Assembly: GCA_049451055.1 (NCBI GenBank)
Contig: JBMTVF010000001.1
Coordinates: 33,508-97,507, forward strand
Length of the DNA stretch: 64,000 bases
Direction of reading: 5' to 3'
From: Candidatus Nanopelagicaceae bacterium
Lineage (GTDB): Bacteria; Actinomycetota; Actinomycetes; Nanopelagicales; Nanopelagicaceae
A program made the translations under genes and the position numbers. The notes beneath the pieces were generated by a model. The model saw only the letters and a list, made by a program, of their open reading frames with translations. It made no database searches and had not been told where the DNA came from. Each line of letters begins with the position of its first letter. Position 1 is the stretch's first letter. Below are positions 46,419 to 56,355 of this stretch, in pieces.

Positions 46419-47296
46419 TGTCGCGACGTAGCTGGCTTCTATTCTCACTTGTGGGAGTGCTATGGGGTATCCCTTATCTCTTCATGAAGGTTGCAGTAGA
46501 GGAATTGTCGATTGCGGTTATTGTATTTTCTAGATTAGCTATAGGAGCGGCACTTCTAGTGCCTATCGCGATTCATCAAGGCGCTTTTCGAAATATAAGA
46601 CCTCATATGAAGTATGTTCTTTTTTACGCCATTCTCGAAATGGTTATTCCTTGGACTTTAATCACAAACGCTCAAAGAAGCCTTTCCTCTGGCGTGGTCG
46701 CTCTCCTTGTTGCAACTGTTCCAATATGGGCCACTTTATTCGCTCATCACACCGGCGATTCAACAGCTGCCCATCGAGTTCGAATCATCGGGATCGCAAT
46801 CGGTTTGATAGGTATTGTTTTAATAGTTGGTATTGAAAGCGTCTCAGACTTCAATAATTCATGGGCCCTACTCCAAGTTCTTATTGCCGCCGCAGCTTAT
46901 GCATGGGCCACAAATATGATCTCTCGAAAAGTAACCGATGTGCCTGGTGTGGCAATTAACGGCATCGCTATGACGGCCGCAGCGCTTCTTTTCGCACCAT
47001 TCGCACTAGCTAATGCTCCACTTACAGCTCCTTCATTAAATGCAGTTTTAGCAACAATAGGTCTCGGCGTACTTAGTAGCGGAATTGCATTTTGGGTGTT
47101 CTTCATCGTTTTAGATGAAATTGGTCCAGCCAGAGCCTCTTTAGTTGTTTATCCAAATACAGCAGTTGCTGTGCTTCTCGGAGTAATTCTATTAGATGAG
47201 CCAATCACACTCGCCATTTTGGTTGGACTTCCTTTGGTATTAGTTGGATCTTTCTTCGCAAGTCGAAAACCAAAAAATGCAACCTTCGCCGCTTAA
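46418..47296 (+). CDS. EamA/DMT-superfamily transporter
   Basis: 292 aa with ten hydrophobic helices in two EamA halves. Confidence 0.8.
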   Translation: MSRRSWLLFSLVGVLWGIPYLFMKVAVEELSIAVIVFSRLAIGAALLVPIAIHQGAFRNIRPHMKYVLFYAILEMVIPWTLITNAQRSLSSGVVALLVATVPIWATLFAHHTGDSTAAHRVRIIGIAIGLIGIVLIVGIESVSDFNNSWALLQVLIAAAAYAWATNMISRKVTDVPGVAINGIAMTAAALLFAPFALANAPLTAPSLNAVLATIGLGVLSSGIAFWVFFIVLDEIGPARASLVVYPNTAVAVLLGVILLDEPITLAILVGLPLVLVGSFFASRKPKNATFAA

Positions 47297-48204
47297 TCTT
47301 GAATGAAGCCCAATTTTTGAAGCGCTTTCGTATCTTTTTGCCAATTCTCAATTACTTTTACATGAAGAGCTAGAAAAACTTTTTTTCCGAGAAACTTCTC
47401 TATTTCAATACGAGCACTCGTTCCAATCTCCTTTAAATTGGATCCACCTTTACCAATAAGTATTGCTTTCTGGCTATCTCTTTCAACGATTATTGAGGCG
47501 TGAATATCAAAAAGCTCTCTACCAGTTCTTTCCTGTATCTCGTCTACTTCCACTGCAACTGAGTGAGGTACCTCTTCTCTGAGATTTGAGATGGCAGATT
47601 CTCTAATTAGTTCAGCAACTGTAATGAATTCATCTTGGTCAGAGCGCATGTCAGGTGGGTAGAAAGGGGGTCCAACTTCTGCATGTTTTACCAATAGATC
47701 AATTAAGAGTTGTATCTGTTCATCCGTCAATGCTGAGACAGGGACAATCTCATCCCACGCAAAACCGGCTTGGACCGCTAATTCTTGAGCTGCAATTAAT
47801 TGTTTAGCCAAGACCTCTTTGCTCGCCATATCTACCATCGTAATTACGCAAATACGTTTAATTGAATTCTGTCCCAAAAGTTGCCGCGCGATATAAAGGT
47901 CGCCAGAGCCAATTTCTTCAATTGCGGGTAAGCATTGAATCACGATATCCACATCTTTGATGCTGGTATCTACGACTTGATTTAAAGTTGTTCCAAGAGA
48001 AGTTTTGGCTTTGTGTAAGCCAGGTGTGTCGATGAAAATCAGTTGATAGTCCTTATCTGTAAGGATTCCTCTAATCGCAAATCGCGTCGTATTGGGATGG
48101 TGAGAAGTTATTGAGATTTTTTTTCCAACTAGGGTGTTTAAGAGCGTTGATTTTCCAGTATTGGGTCGACCCACGATTGATATAAAGGCTGATTTATGAA
48201 GCAT
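47293..48204 (-). CDS. era: GTPase Era
   Basis: G1 GRPNTGKST, G3 DTPG, and a C-terminal KH domain (LIGKGGSNLKEIG). Confidence 0.93.
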   Translation of the reverse strand: MLHKSAFISIVGRPNTGKSTLLNTLVGKKISITSHHPNTTRFAIRGILTDKDYQLIFIDTPGLHKAKTSLGTTLNQVVDTSIKDVDIVIQCLPAIEEIGSGDLYIARQLLGQNSIKRICVITMVDMASKEVLAKQLIAAQELAVQAGFAWDEIVPVSALTDEQIQLLIDLLVKHAEVGPPFYPPDMRSDQDEFITVAELIRESAISNLREEVPHSVAVEVDEIQERTGRELFDIHASIIVERDSQKAILIGKGGSNLKEIGTSARIEIEKFLGKKVFLALHVKVIENWQKDTKALQKLGFIQD

Positions 48205-48643
48205 TTAAGCAAAGAGTACATGGTTTATTGGTGAGAAATTCCATCGCATCCGCCACAGAGGTAACAATTTCAGCGCACCTTTCCCCAATTAGTCGATGAC
48301 AACCATCACTAGAGGGCGAATTAATTGGACCAGGCACGGCGAGAACTATCCGTAGTAATTCTGCAGCGTCTCGCGCCGTTCTTAAAGAGCCACTTCTAAA
48401 AGCTGCCTCGACGACAATAGTGGCTCGAGAAATGGCGGCAATCAATCGGTTTCTAGTAAGAAATCTCTCTGGACGGGCACGCTCATTTGGCATTACTTCA
48501 GATATCAATGCTCCGTTTTCTAAGATTTCCTTGAATAGTCTTTCATTCGCTGCTGGATAGGTAACTGAAATACCGGATGCTAAAACCGCGATTGTTCTGC
48601 CTTCCGCGGCTAGGGCGCCTCGATGAGCGCTCCCCTGTCTCGC
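48194..48643 (-). pseudogene. dprA: Decayed remnant of DNA-processing protein DprA (central and C-terminal part of the Rossmann-like domain only)
   Basis: Hand translation of the frame upstream of the tracked ORF gives ARQGSAHRGALAAEGRTIAVLASGISVTYPAANERLFKEILENGALISEVMPNERARPERFLTRNRLIAA...VVEAAFRSGSLRTARDAAELLRIVLAVPGPINSPSSDGCHRLI. These are DprA blocks starting mid-domain. The frame is closed by TAG at 48646..48644, with three more in-frame stops up to rnhB. There is no ATG and no N-terminal half. Confidence 0.7.
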
Positions 48644-48730
48644 CTAGTTTTAATGCACTCATACTTCGCGCCATCAGCGCAAACTAGACTCAAGGTTTCC
48701 ACGTTTTCTATCGAATATGTAATCTGTGGA

Positions 48731-49327
48731 TTAAAGATATTTAGCTACATTTGAATAGCTTTTTCGGTGGATACTAGAGACACCTAACTTCTTGATGGCT
48801 TCTTCATGCGCCGCCGTGGCATAGCCTTTGTGTTCAGAAAGGCGGTAGCCTGAATATTCTCGATCAAGTTTTACCATCAATCTGTCTCGGTGCACCTTGG
48901 CAATAATGGAAGCTGCAGATATGGAGAGCGCAACTTGATCGCCTTTCCAAACGGCTAAATTAGAGACGTCTAGACCGGGGATTTCATAACCATCAGTCAA
49001 AACATAATCGGGTCGAACGGTTAGAGACGTCACAGCTCTTCTCATGCCTTCAATATTGCATTTATGTAGTCCTTTCTGATCAATTTCAAAAGGAGATATT
49101 TCGATTACCGAAAAGGCGGTTGCATTTTCCAAAATCTTGGGGAAAATCTCTTCCCGTTCATCCAAAGATAATTCTTTAGAGTCCCTTATTCCAAGAGTCG
49201 AAGAATGATCTAAGTCTTCAAGAATTACGGCAGCAACGACAAGTGGACCTGCGCAAGCGCCGCGCCCAGCTTCATCGACGCCGGCAATTCTCTTAATGCC
49301 CGCCTTTTGAAGTTTTCTATCAATCAC
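48731..49327 (-). CDS. rnhB: Ribonuclease HII
   Basis: IAGVDEAGRGACAGPLVVAAV catalytic DEAGRG motif and DSK. It follows lepB as in other Actinobacteria. Confidence 0.93.
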   Translation of the reverse strand: MIDRKLQKAGIKRIAGVDEAGRGACAGPLVVAAVILEDLDHSSTLGIRDSKELSLDEREEIFPKILENATAFSVIEISPFEIDQKGLHKCNIEGMRRAVTSLTVRPDYVLTDGYEIPGLDVSNLAVWKGDQVALSISAASIIAKVHRDRLMVKLDREYSGYRLSEHKGYATAAHEEAIKKLGVSSIHRKSYSNVAKYL

Positions 49328-49995
49328 TTAGCTACTGGGACTTTAGCCAACTCAGAGCCACGTTCAATAATCCCCAAATTAGAGATAGGCCAGATAACAA
49401 CTACAGCTCTTCCTGTTACGCGGTCCAAAGGCACCATTCCTTTGTTTGGGTCGTCGGTATGAAATCGTGAATCGGCGCTTGCGCCTCTGTGATCACCCAT
49501 AACCCATACGAAATCTTTGGGAACCTTGACATCAAATTTCATCTCAGATGCAGCGTCACCGGGATAGATGTAAGGCTCATTCACGGCGACACCATTGACC
49601 TCAAGTTTGCCATCAGCGTTACAACAAACTACTTGATCCCCACCCACCCCAATCACTCTTTTAATCAAAAATTGCTTGGCTGGGTCAGGAAGAACTCCGA
49701 CAAAAACAAGCGAATCCTTCACTACCTTTCCCAGGCCTTTACTTTCTTCAGTCGCAGGCGGTAACCAATCTGCTGGATCACGAAAGACCACAACATCTCC
49801 ACGTTTTACCTCACTGAAAAGCGCCCCAAATTTGTTTACACCAACCCGATCATTTACCAACAAGGTATTTTCCATAGAGCCCGAAGGAATATAGAAAAAC
49901 TGAATGAGAAAAGTTTTTATAATTATGGAAAGAATTAAGGCTGATGCGACCAGAATCGGGAGTTCGCGAAGGGTGGAGCCTTTGCGAGAGGCCAT
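49324..49995 (-). CDS. lepB: Signal peptidase I
   Basis: N-terminal TM, catalytic IPSGSMENTL serine box, the KRVIGVGGD lysine box and GDHRGASADSR. Confidence 0.93.
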   Translation of the reverse strand: MASRKGSTLRELPILVASALILSIIIKTFLIQFFYIPSGSMENTLLVNDRVGVNKFGALFSEVKRGDVVVFRDPADWLPPATEESKGLGKVVKDSLVFVGVLPDPAKQFLIKRVIGVGGDQVVCCNADGKLEVNGVAVNEPYIYPGDAASEMKFDVKVPKDFVWVMGDHRGASADSRFHTDDPNKGMVPLDRVTGRAVVVIWPISNLGIIERGSELAKVPVAK

Positions 49996-49998
49996 TAC

Positions 49999-50484
49999 TT
50001 AAGCTTGGGTTTTCTCTTCGGATTCAGGTGTAATTTCGGATGGAGCTTCGACAACTTCTGAGGCTGTTGGCTCTTCAAATTTAGAGTCAGAAGTTGAGAT
50101 CTCAGAAGGGCTATCAGAGTAGATGGTCTCTAGATCTGTTCCACCTCTGCGCTCGCGAATCTTTGCAGCCTTACCTCGAAGATCTCTCAAGTAGTAAAGC
50201 TTTGATCGGCGAACCTCTCCCTTTCGAACCAATTCAATTTTTTCAATTACCGGAGCATGAACTGGGAAAACGCGTTCAACGCCCACTCCGTAAGATATTT
50301 TTCTAACAGTAAAGGTTTCCCGAATGCCCGACCCTTTTCTGGAAATTACTAATCCTTGGAAAACCTGGATTCGACTCTTGTTTCCTTCAATAACTCGAAC
50401 ATGAACTTTTAATTCATCGCCGGGGCGAAAATTTGGAATATCTTTGCGGAGCGATGCTGCATCTACCGCGTCGAGAACGTTCAT
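49999..50484 (-). CDS. rplS: 50S ribosomal protein L19 with a C-terminal tail of about 45 aa
   Basis: [29 protein letters not shown]... is canonical L19 for about 115 aa. An acidic Ser/Thr/Glu-rich tail follows ([20 protein letters not shown]...ESEEKTQA). Confidence 0.93.
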   Translation of the reverse strand: MNVLDAVDAASLRKDIPNFRPGDELKVHVRVIEGNKSRIQVFQGLVISRKGSGIRETFTVRKISYGVGVERVFPVHAPVIEKIELVRKGEVRRSKLYYLRDLRGKAAKIRERRGGTDLETIYSDSPSEISTSDSKFEEPTASEVVEAPSEITPESEEKTQA

Positions 50485-50548
50485 GTCTGATTCCTTAAAG
50501 TTGGGCTTGGGCTAACCGGCGTATCCTGCCACAAGGCGCCTCTTAGCG

Positions 50549-51346
50549 CTAAATCGCCTTTATCCAGCGCCCATCTGAAATCAATTCCTGGCCTAATTCC
50601 CCATAAAGTGAGGGGCCAGCTACCAAAACAAAGTGTTGCGACCCGCTAGGGATTGCCGGCACTGCGAGAAACTTCGCGCCTGATTCGCGCGCGATCAAGC
50701 CAGCCGCAGCAAAATCCCATTCGTAAACGCCCGCTTCATAGTAGGCGTCGAGAATTCCGGAGGCAACCATGCAAATATCTACTGCACATGCTCCAAGTCT
50801 TCTAAAATCACGAATTCTTGTGATTAGCCGATTAAAAATTTCTCCTTGGACAACTCTTGATTGCAAATCATAAGAAAAACCAGTTCCGATTAAAGCCTTT
50901 GAAAGTGGAATAGCTTCGTTGCATTTGATGATTGAGCCATTGCATTCGGCACCATGGTTTCGGGCCGCACTCCATGTTTTCCCAAGAGTCGGAGCATGTA
51001 CGACGCCAGCAACCACAATGTCCCCTTGCTTAACGGCAATACTTACACACCAGCCAGGAACTCCGTAAAGATAATTTACTGTTCCGTCAATGGGGTCAAT
51101 AACCCAAGTAAACTCACTTTCTCCAGTTTTGTTCGCTCCCTCTTCGCCCAAAATCGAATCATTTGGCCGAATTTCTCTTATCAATTCTGTAATTAAGTTT
51201 TCACTAGCCTGATCCATCTGTGTGGCAAAATCCAAAGCGCCGCTTTTTTCAGAGAGGTCAAAAATATCGGGTCGATTCAATAATAAATCGCCTGCTTCCT
51301 GGGCAATTTTTACGGCAATATCGCGTAATTCAACTATCGCGGTCAT
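50549..51346 (-). CDS. Inositol monophosphatase family protein (SuhB/ImpA/HisN-like)
   Basis: LGEEG and WVIDPIDGTVNY metal-binding motifs, plus a WDFAAG motif. Confidence 0.85.
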   Translation of the reverse strand: MTAIVELRDIAVKIAQEAGDLLLNRPDIFDLSEKSGALDFATQMDQASENLITELIREIRPNDSILGEEGANKTGESEFTWVIDPIDGTVNYLYGVPGWCVSIAVKQGDIVVAGVVHAPTLGKTWSAARNHGAECNGSIIKCNEAIPLSKALIGTGFSYDLQSRVVQGEIFNRLITRIRDFRRLGACAVDICMVASGILDAYYEAGVYEWDFAAAGLIARESGAKFLAVPAIPSGSQHFVLVAGPSLYGELGQELISDGRWIKAI

Positions 51347-51378
51347 GACGGAATCTAATCACAAGTAGACTTTGCATA

Positions 51379-52602
51379 ATGCAGCATAATTACCGCAGAC
51401 TTTTTAGCGTTCCCGGTGGCTGGAAATTCTCTTTAGCTGCATTTATTCTTCGATTGCCGATTTCGATGCTCTATCTGGCTATGGTTCTATTTGTAGTCGC
51501 AGAAACTGACTCCTATTCTATGGCTGGAGCGTTATCGATGGCCGCTTCAATTGTAATTTCTATTGCAGCACCACTTTGGTCAAGAGCCGCAGATCAGTAC
51601 GGACAATCACGAATTTTGAAGATTACCGCTCCGTTGCATATATTTTTCATGGCAGCTTTTGTTATTTTATTGAAATCTGACGCACCAACTATCCTTTGGT
51701 TTACCAGTGCATTGCTTTTTGAGTCTTTCGTCATTGGTTCCGGACAAATGGTAAGACGTAGATGGATTTATGCAATTGGAGAGAAGGATAAGGTTCTTAC
51801 TGATACAGCCTATTCTTTTGAGGCATTCGTAGACGAAGTTATTTTTACTTCAGGACCTGTCTTAGCAACTTTACTTGCTGCCACTTTTGCTCCTGAATAT
51901 GCAATTTTTGCCGCTATGTTATTTGTAGCTTCAGGCGCCTATCTTTTTTCACGCCAAAAATCTAGTGAACCGAAACCACATCCGAGAGATCCAAATGCGG
52001 ATCACTCGCTGCTGATTAGAGAGAGAATAGTCCAAGCAGTTTTTCTTCCGTTGGTACTATGTGGATCTTTTTTCAGCGCTGCAGGTCTAGTTATAGTTGG
52101 CTATGCCGATGAATTTGGCGAACGTGAATTTAGCGGGCTGTTGGTAGCAATCTGGTCTTTAGGAAGTGGAATCTCGGCGATAGCAATAGGTTCTATAAAA
52201 TGGAAGCGAAGTGACTCAATTAGATTTGTAGAATCTATTATTGCTCTATTCGTTCTGACAATCCCAATTTACGTAACAGCTGTAATTTTGCCTGGGAATT
52301 TCCTTTTGTTGAGTGTTTCGCTATTTCTCAACGGACTCGCCATAGCACCTTTGCTTACCTCTGGATTTGCACTTGCAGAACGTTCCGTACCGGAAGAGCG
52401 TAAAACTGAAGTACTCGCATGGGCGATATCGGCTCTGAGCCTTGGAGGCGCAATACCTCCTGCGCTAACCGGTTACATTATTGACACGCAAGGCATCTCT
52501 GTCGCATTTATTGTTCCATTGACCTGTATGGCGCTATCTGTGGCCTCTCTATTTCCATTTCTTGCCATATGGAAAATGAAGTTTTCAGAGAAATCGAGTT
52601 GA
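51379..52602 (+). CDS. MFS transporter
   Basis: 407 aa with about 12 hydrophobic helices and a central loop. Confidence 0.75.
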   Translation: MQHNYRRLFSVPGGWKFSLAAFILRLPISMLYLAMVLFVVAETDSYSMAGALSMAASIVISIAAPLWSRAADQYGQSRILKITAPLHIFFMAAFVILLKSDAPTILWFTSALLFESFVIGSGQMVRRRWIYAIGEKDKVLTDTAYSFEAFVDEVIFTSGPVLATLLAATFAPEYAIFAAMLFVASGAYLFSRQKSSEPKPHPRDPNADHSLLIRERIVQAVFLPLVLCGSFFSAAGLVIVGYADEFGEREFSGLLVAIWSLGSGISAIAIGSIKWKRSDSIRFVESIIALFVLTIPIYVTAVILPGNFLLLSVSLFLNGLAIAPLLTSGFALAERSVPEERKTEVLAWAISALSLGGAIPPALTGYIIDTQGISVAFIVPLTCMALSVASLFPFLAIWKMKFSEKSS

Positions 52603-52642
52603 ATTCCCTGAAACTAAGTGTTTGTTGTGGCAACCTACCCCT

Positions 52643-53422
52643 GTGTCAGAACTTAGATTTACCGGTCGTTCGCATGATGGCGAATATCTTGAATTCGAAG
52701 ATGATTTTGGCAATTCCTTCCAGGTTCGCATAACCGATGTCTTAAAGAATTCCATTATTGATCGAAGGTTAAGTGCAGTTCGTGACGAGGCTGCCACATT
52801 TTCCGTGAAAGAAATTCAAGCAAGATTAAGAGCGGGCGAGACTTTTGAAGAAGTATCGCGCGCAACTGGATTACCTCTTGAAAAAATTGAAAGGTATGCC
52901 AGCCCCATTCTTCAAGAGCGTGCCTGGATAATTGAGCAGGCCGAAAAGTCGACTCCAAAAGGTTCGGCGCTTAATCTTCATGATTTAGTTATCTCACGCT
53001 TGGCACCTCTTGGAGTTAATATGAATCAAGTTTCTTGGAATACGTGGCGCCTTGAGAATGGCGCCTGGCATCTAGTGCTCACCTATCCAGCAAGTGAGGG
53101 ATCTCGCCAAGCCGTTTGGATTTTTGATGCAAATATAAGAACTCTGCTCGCATCCGATGACGGAGCAAAATGGATTTGCGGTGAGGAACCTACAAAACAT
53201 CCTTCTAGACCCGAGCCATCACCTGAACACGGTGTCTTATTCCCCGCAGAAGGAGAAACTCCAGCTCCGCCCAGGCTAGTTGCGGTTCGCACAGATAAAC
53301 CAACTCCTGAAGAGATTCCGGTTGATGCCAAACAAGATGGAGTCACCAGACGAATCTCAATTCCATCTTGGGATGACATAATGTTCGGTAGAAGCAAGAA
53401 AAAAGAAGAGACTGAAAACTAA
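52643..53422 (+). CDS. sepH: Septation protein SepH (DUF3071)
   Basis: The VSELRFTGRSHDGEYLEF N-terminus, an HTH-like IQARLRAGETFEEVSRATGLPLEKIERYASPILQER block and a disordered basic C-terminus match actinobacterial SepH. I placed the start at GTG 52643. Confidence 0.7.
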   Translation: MSELRFTGRSHDGEYLEFEDDFGNSFQVRITDVLKNSIIDRRLSAVRDEAATFSVKEIQARLRAGETFEEVSRATGLPLEKIERYASPILQERAWIIEQAEKSTPKGSALNLHDLVISRLAPLGVNMNQVSWNTWRLENGAWHLVLTYPASEGSRQAVWIFDANIRTLLASDDGAKWICGEEPTKHPSRPEPSPEHGVLFPAEGETPAPPRLVAVRTDKPTPEEIPVDAKQDGVTRRISIPSWDDIMFGRSKKKEETEN

Positions 53423-54519
53423 GTTTCAAATAATAAGAGGGGTATTTCAACTTCTTCTCTAGATATTCCACCATGATGACCAACCATCGAAATTTGGAGT
53501 TGTTCTCGCTCTTGTTCGACCAAAATCAACTCCTCTTTCGCAATCACAATCAAATCTCCTATGCGCTCAATAAATTCTGATGATACGGAATCGCCAAAAA
53601 GTTTTTGCGAGATAGCCTCAGAACGTGTTCTCAAATCAATTTTTGGTCCAAAGTAATCGAGCCATCTCTTGGCAACTCTCTCAATATTTTCTGGTGAGAC
53701 GTAAAGATAGCGAACTCTAGGCTCCCCCGCCATTAAGTTAACATCTTTTAGTAGATCATTATTCTTCCCGATTACAGCATGCTCTTTCTTATTGATCATT
53801 CCATGATCCGAGGTGATCCATATCCGAACACCTGCAGGTAGTTCCTTAATCAATCCAGATATTAGCGAATCAACTTTTTCTAAAGCTCTTAGAAATCTCT
53901 CAGAGCCCAGCCCGTGGGCGTGTGAAGCCTCATCTACATCATTCAGATAAACATAAGCGAAACTTCTTGGCGATCTTAAAGCTTCAACAGTTGCGTTTAT
54001 TTGCTCTTCTATCGTATTAGATTTTCTATAGTACGCACCTCTAAGTGCCGCTCTCGTAAATCCGGAATTTTCATATCGCACTGCGGCTATATGGCTGACT
54101 GATATATCAGAGCGCATCGCGCGCTGGAATAATGTGGGATTTGGTTGCCAGATCTCTGGATCTACACGTTCGTCCCATTTCAGTGCATTTAGAATTCGCT
54201 CTGGATATCCGCTATTTGGAACGCGCATTGTGTAACCAACCATGCCGTGTTTTCCAACTGTTAATCCGGTGCCTAATGTGGTTAGGCTCGCTGCCGTAGT
54301 AGACGGAAATGTTGCGGATAGCGTTCTAACGTATTCAAAATCTGTTAGGAATTTTTTTTCTTCTCCAAATTGATCAATTGCATTCTTACCGAGTCCATCG
54401 ATAAGGACCAAGCAATCCCTGGACCCCTGGTGGACCGGAATCTTCAAATCATTACGGCAACCTATGACACCAAGCGAGGCAAAAATGGAATCGCTAACAT
54501 CCCCGATAGTTAATTCCAT
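53419..54519 (-). CDS. Alkaline phosphatase superfamily protein (nucleotide pyrophosphatase/phosphodiesterase-like)
   Basis: LVLIDGLG, the nucleophile region FPSTTAASLTTLGTG, and metal ligands DEASH and SDHGM. Confidence 0.75.
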   Translation of the reverse strand: MELTIGDVSDSIFASLGVIGCRNDLKIPVHQGSRDCLVLIDGLGKNAIDQFGEEKKFLTDFEYVRTLSATFPSTTAASLTTLGTGLTVGKHGMVGYTMRVPNSGYPERILNALKWDERVDPEIWQPNPTLFQRAMRSDISVSHIAAVRYENSGFTRAALRGAYYRKSNTIEEQINATVEALRSPRSFAYVYLNDVDEASHAHGLGSERFLRALEKVDSLISGLIKELPAGVRIWITSDHGMINKKEHAVIGKNNDLLKDVNLMAGEPRVRYLYVSPENIERVAKRWLDYFGPKIDLRTRSEAISQKLFGDSVSSEFIERIGDLIVIAKEELILVEQEREQLQISMVGHHGGISREEVEIPLLLFET

Positions 54520-54549
54520 GTACCCATCTTTCCAGTAATCTTCCCCTCG

Positions 54550-55443
54550 ATGATCCGATACTCGAACGAAATCAAGAGTGCCTTAGCGGCCAAAGCTCCG
54601 ATAGTCGCACTCGAATCTACAATTATTGCCCATGGCTTGCCTAGGCCGAAGAATTTAGAAGTTGCACTTGATGTGCAAGATGTTGTACGAAAACACGGAG
54701 CAACTCCCGCCACAATTGCAATTATTGATGGCGAAATAAATATTGGAATGGAAGATGCTGAATTGTCGCAATTGGCAAGTCGAGATGACATTTCAAAAGC
54801 ATCAATCCGTGATATTCCATTTCATTTGGCTAAAGGAAGTAGTGCAGCTACTACAGTTGCAGCCACGTCCCATATAGCCAGATTGGCAAACATTCAAATT
54901 TTTGCAACCGGTGGCTTGGGAGGAGTACACTGCGGCGCCGAAAAAACCTGGGACGAGTCAGCAGATATACACTCACTAAGCAGCATCCCAGTAATAGTTG
55001 TATGTGCGGGCGCAAAATCTATCCTTGATATCCCGGCAACTTTAGAGCGACTTGAAACTAACTCTGTACCAATCGTTGGTTACCAGACTTCAAAGTTTCC
55101 GGGCTTCTATCTTGCCGATAGCGGATTTACTATCGAACATCAATTGAATACTCCGGAGGAAATTGCTCAGTTATGGAAAGAGCAGATATCTGCTGGTATT
55201 ACTGAAAAAGGATTAGTTGTAGCAAATCCTGTAATCAATCAGATGGATCCTAAACTTCATGCACAGTTACTTGAAAACGGACTGAAGACTGCAATCACTC
55301 AAAACGTATCAGGTAAAGACGTAACACCATTTCTGCTCGAGTTTTTCCATAAGAATAGTCAAGGAGAATCTCTCAGGGTAAATATTGAAATTATTAAAGC
55401 TAATGCCAAATTAGCCGCGCAAATATCAACATTCCTTGTCTGA
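54550..55443 (+). CDS. psuG: Pseudouridine-5'-phosphate glycosidase
   Basis: VALESTIIAHGLPRP and FATGGLGGVH motifs of the IndA/PsuG family. Confidence 0.9.
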   Translation: MIRYSNEIKSALAAKAPIVALESTIIAHGLPRPKNLEVALDVQDVVRKHGATPATIAIIDGEINIGMEDAELSQLASRDDISKASIRDIPFHLAKGSSAATTVAATSHIARLANIQIFATGGLGGVHCGAEKTWDESADIHSLSSIPVIVVCAGAKSILDIPATLERLETNSVPIVGYQTSKFPGFYLADSGFTIEHQLNTPEEIAQLWKEQISAGITEKGLVVANPVINQMDPKLHAQLLENGLKTAITQNVSGKDVTPFLLEFFHKNSQGESLRVNIEIIKANAKLAAQISTFLV

Positions 55444-56324
55444 TGAAACTTATCTGTATAGGCGATGCCATGATTGATGTCATCGTGAAGTATCAAGGAG
55501 ATATTCAATTTAATAGCGATACTTCCTCCAACATAACTATTTTAAGTGGTGGTGCCGCAGCAAATACATCGGTATGGGCAGCTACATTGGGAATTAACAC
55601 GACTTTTATCGGTCATGTCGGAGATGATCTGATTGGTAAATCTTTCATTGCAGAATTGAGAAATCAATCTGTTCACGTTGCAAATATTGAAGCAATCGGA
55701 TTTAACACAGGTACGGTGGTCGTACTGGTCGATGAACATGGCGAGCGAACCATGTTCCCTTCAAGGGGAGCGAACTCTTTATTATCTATTAGCGATTTTT
55801 CTCTCACGGACTTTGATGCTCTTTACCTATCAGGCTACTCACTGTTGGATGAGGAAACATCTGCTACTGCCCTACAGATTCTCGAAAAAGCTAAGCGTGA
55901 AGAGCGAACTACTTTTCTAGATCCCGCCTCTGTTGGTTTAATGAAACGGTATGGTCGTGAAAAGCTTCTCAAGAATATTCAAGGCGTGGACTTTCTACTC
56001 CTAAATGAAGAAGAGGCGCGATTTCTCTCGCAAAGTATCACTGTCGAAGATATGTTGAATTTTCTAATTAGTTATGCAAAATGCGCAGTAATAAAACTTG
56101 GAAAAGATGGAGCTAAGGCAAAAGTTAGGCAGGGCGCTATCAATTCGGTTAGAGCACTACCCGCACATGTAATTGATACAACGGGGGCAGGAGATGCATT
56201 TGCAGCTGGTTTTATAGCAGGTTGGTTGACTACTCGAGATATCGAAAAAGCTCTTCAGTCGGCAAGCGATACTGCAGCTAAATGTGTGGCAAATATTGGG
56301 GCCAGACCGAGCGTCAATACCTAG
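55443..56324 (+). CDS. psuK: PfkB-family sugar kinase (pseudouridine kinase candidate)
   Basis: GGAAANTS and DTTGAGDAFAAGF PfkB signatures. It overlaps the psuG stop by 1 nt. Confidence 0.75.
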   Translation: MKLICIGDAMIDVIVKYQGDIQFNSDTSSNITILSGGAAANTSVWAATLGINTTFIGHVGDDLIGKSFIAELRNQSVHVANIEAIGFNTGTVVVLVDEHGERTMFPSRGANSLLSISDFSLTDFDALYLSGYSLLDEETSATALQILEKAKREERTTFLDPASVGLMKRYGREKLLKNIQGVDFLLLNEEEARFLSQSITVEDMLNFLISYAKCAVIKLGKDGAKAKVRQGAINSVRALPAHVIDTTGAGDAFAAGFIAGWLTTRDIEKALQSASDTAAKCVANIGARPSVNT

Positions 56325-56355
56325 AAACCGCGGTCATGGTTGGCAGAATCGCGCC

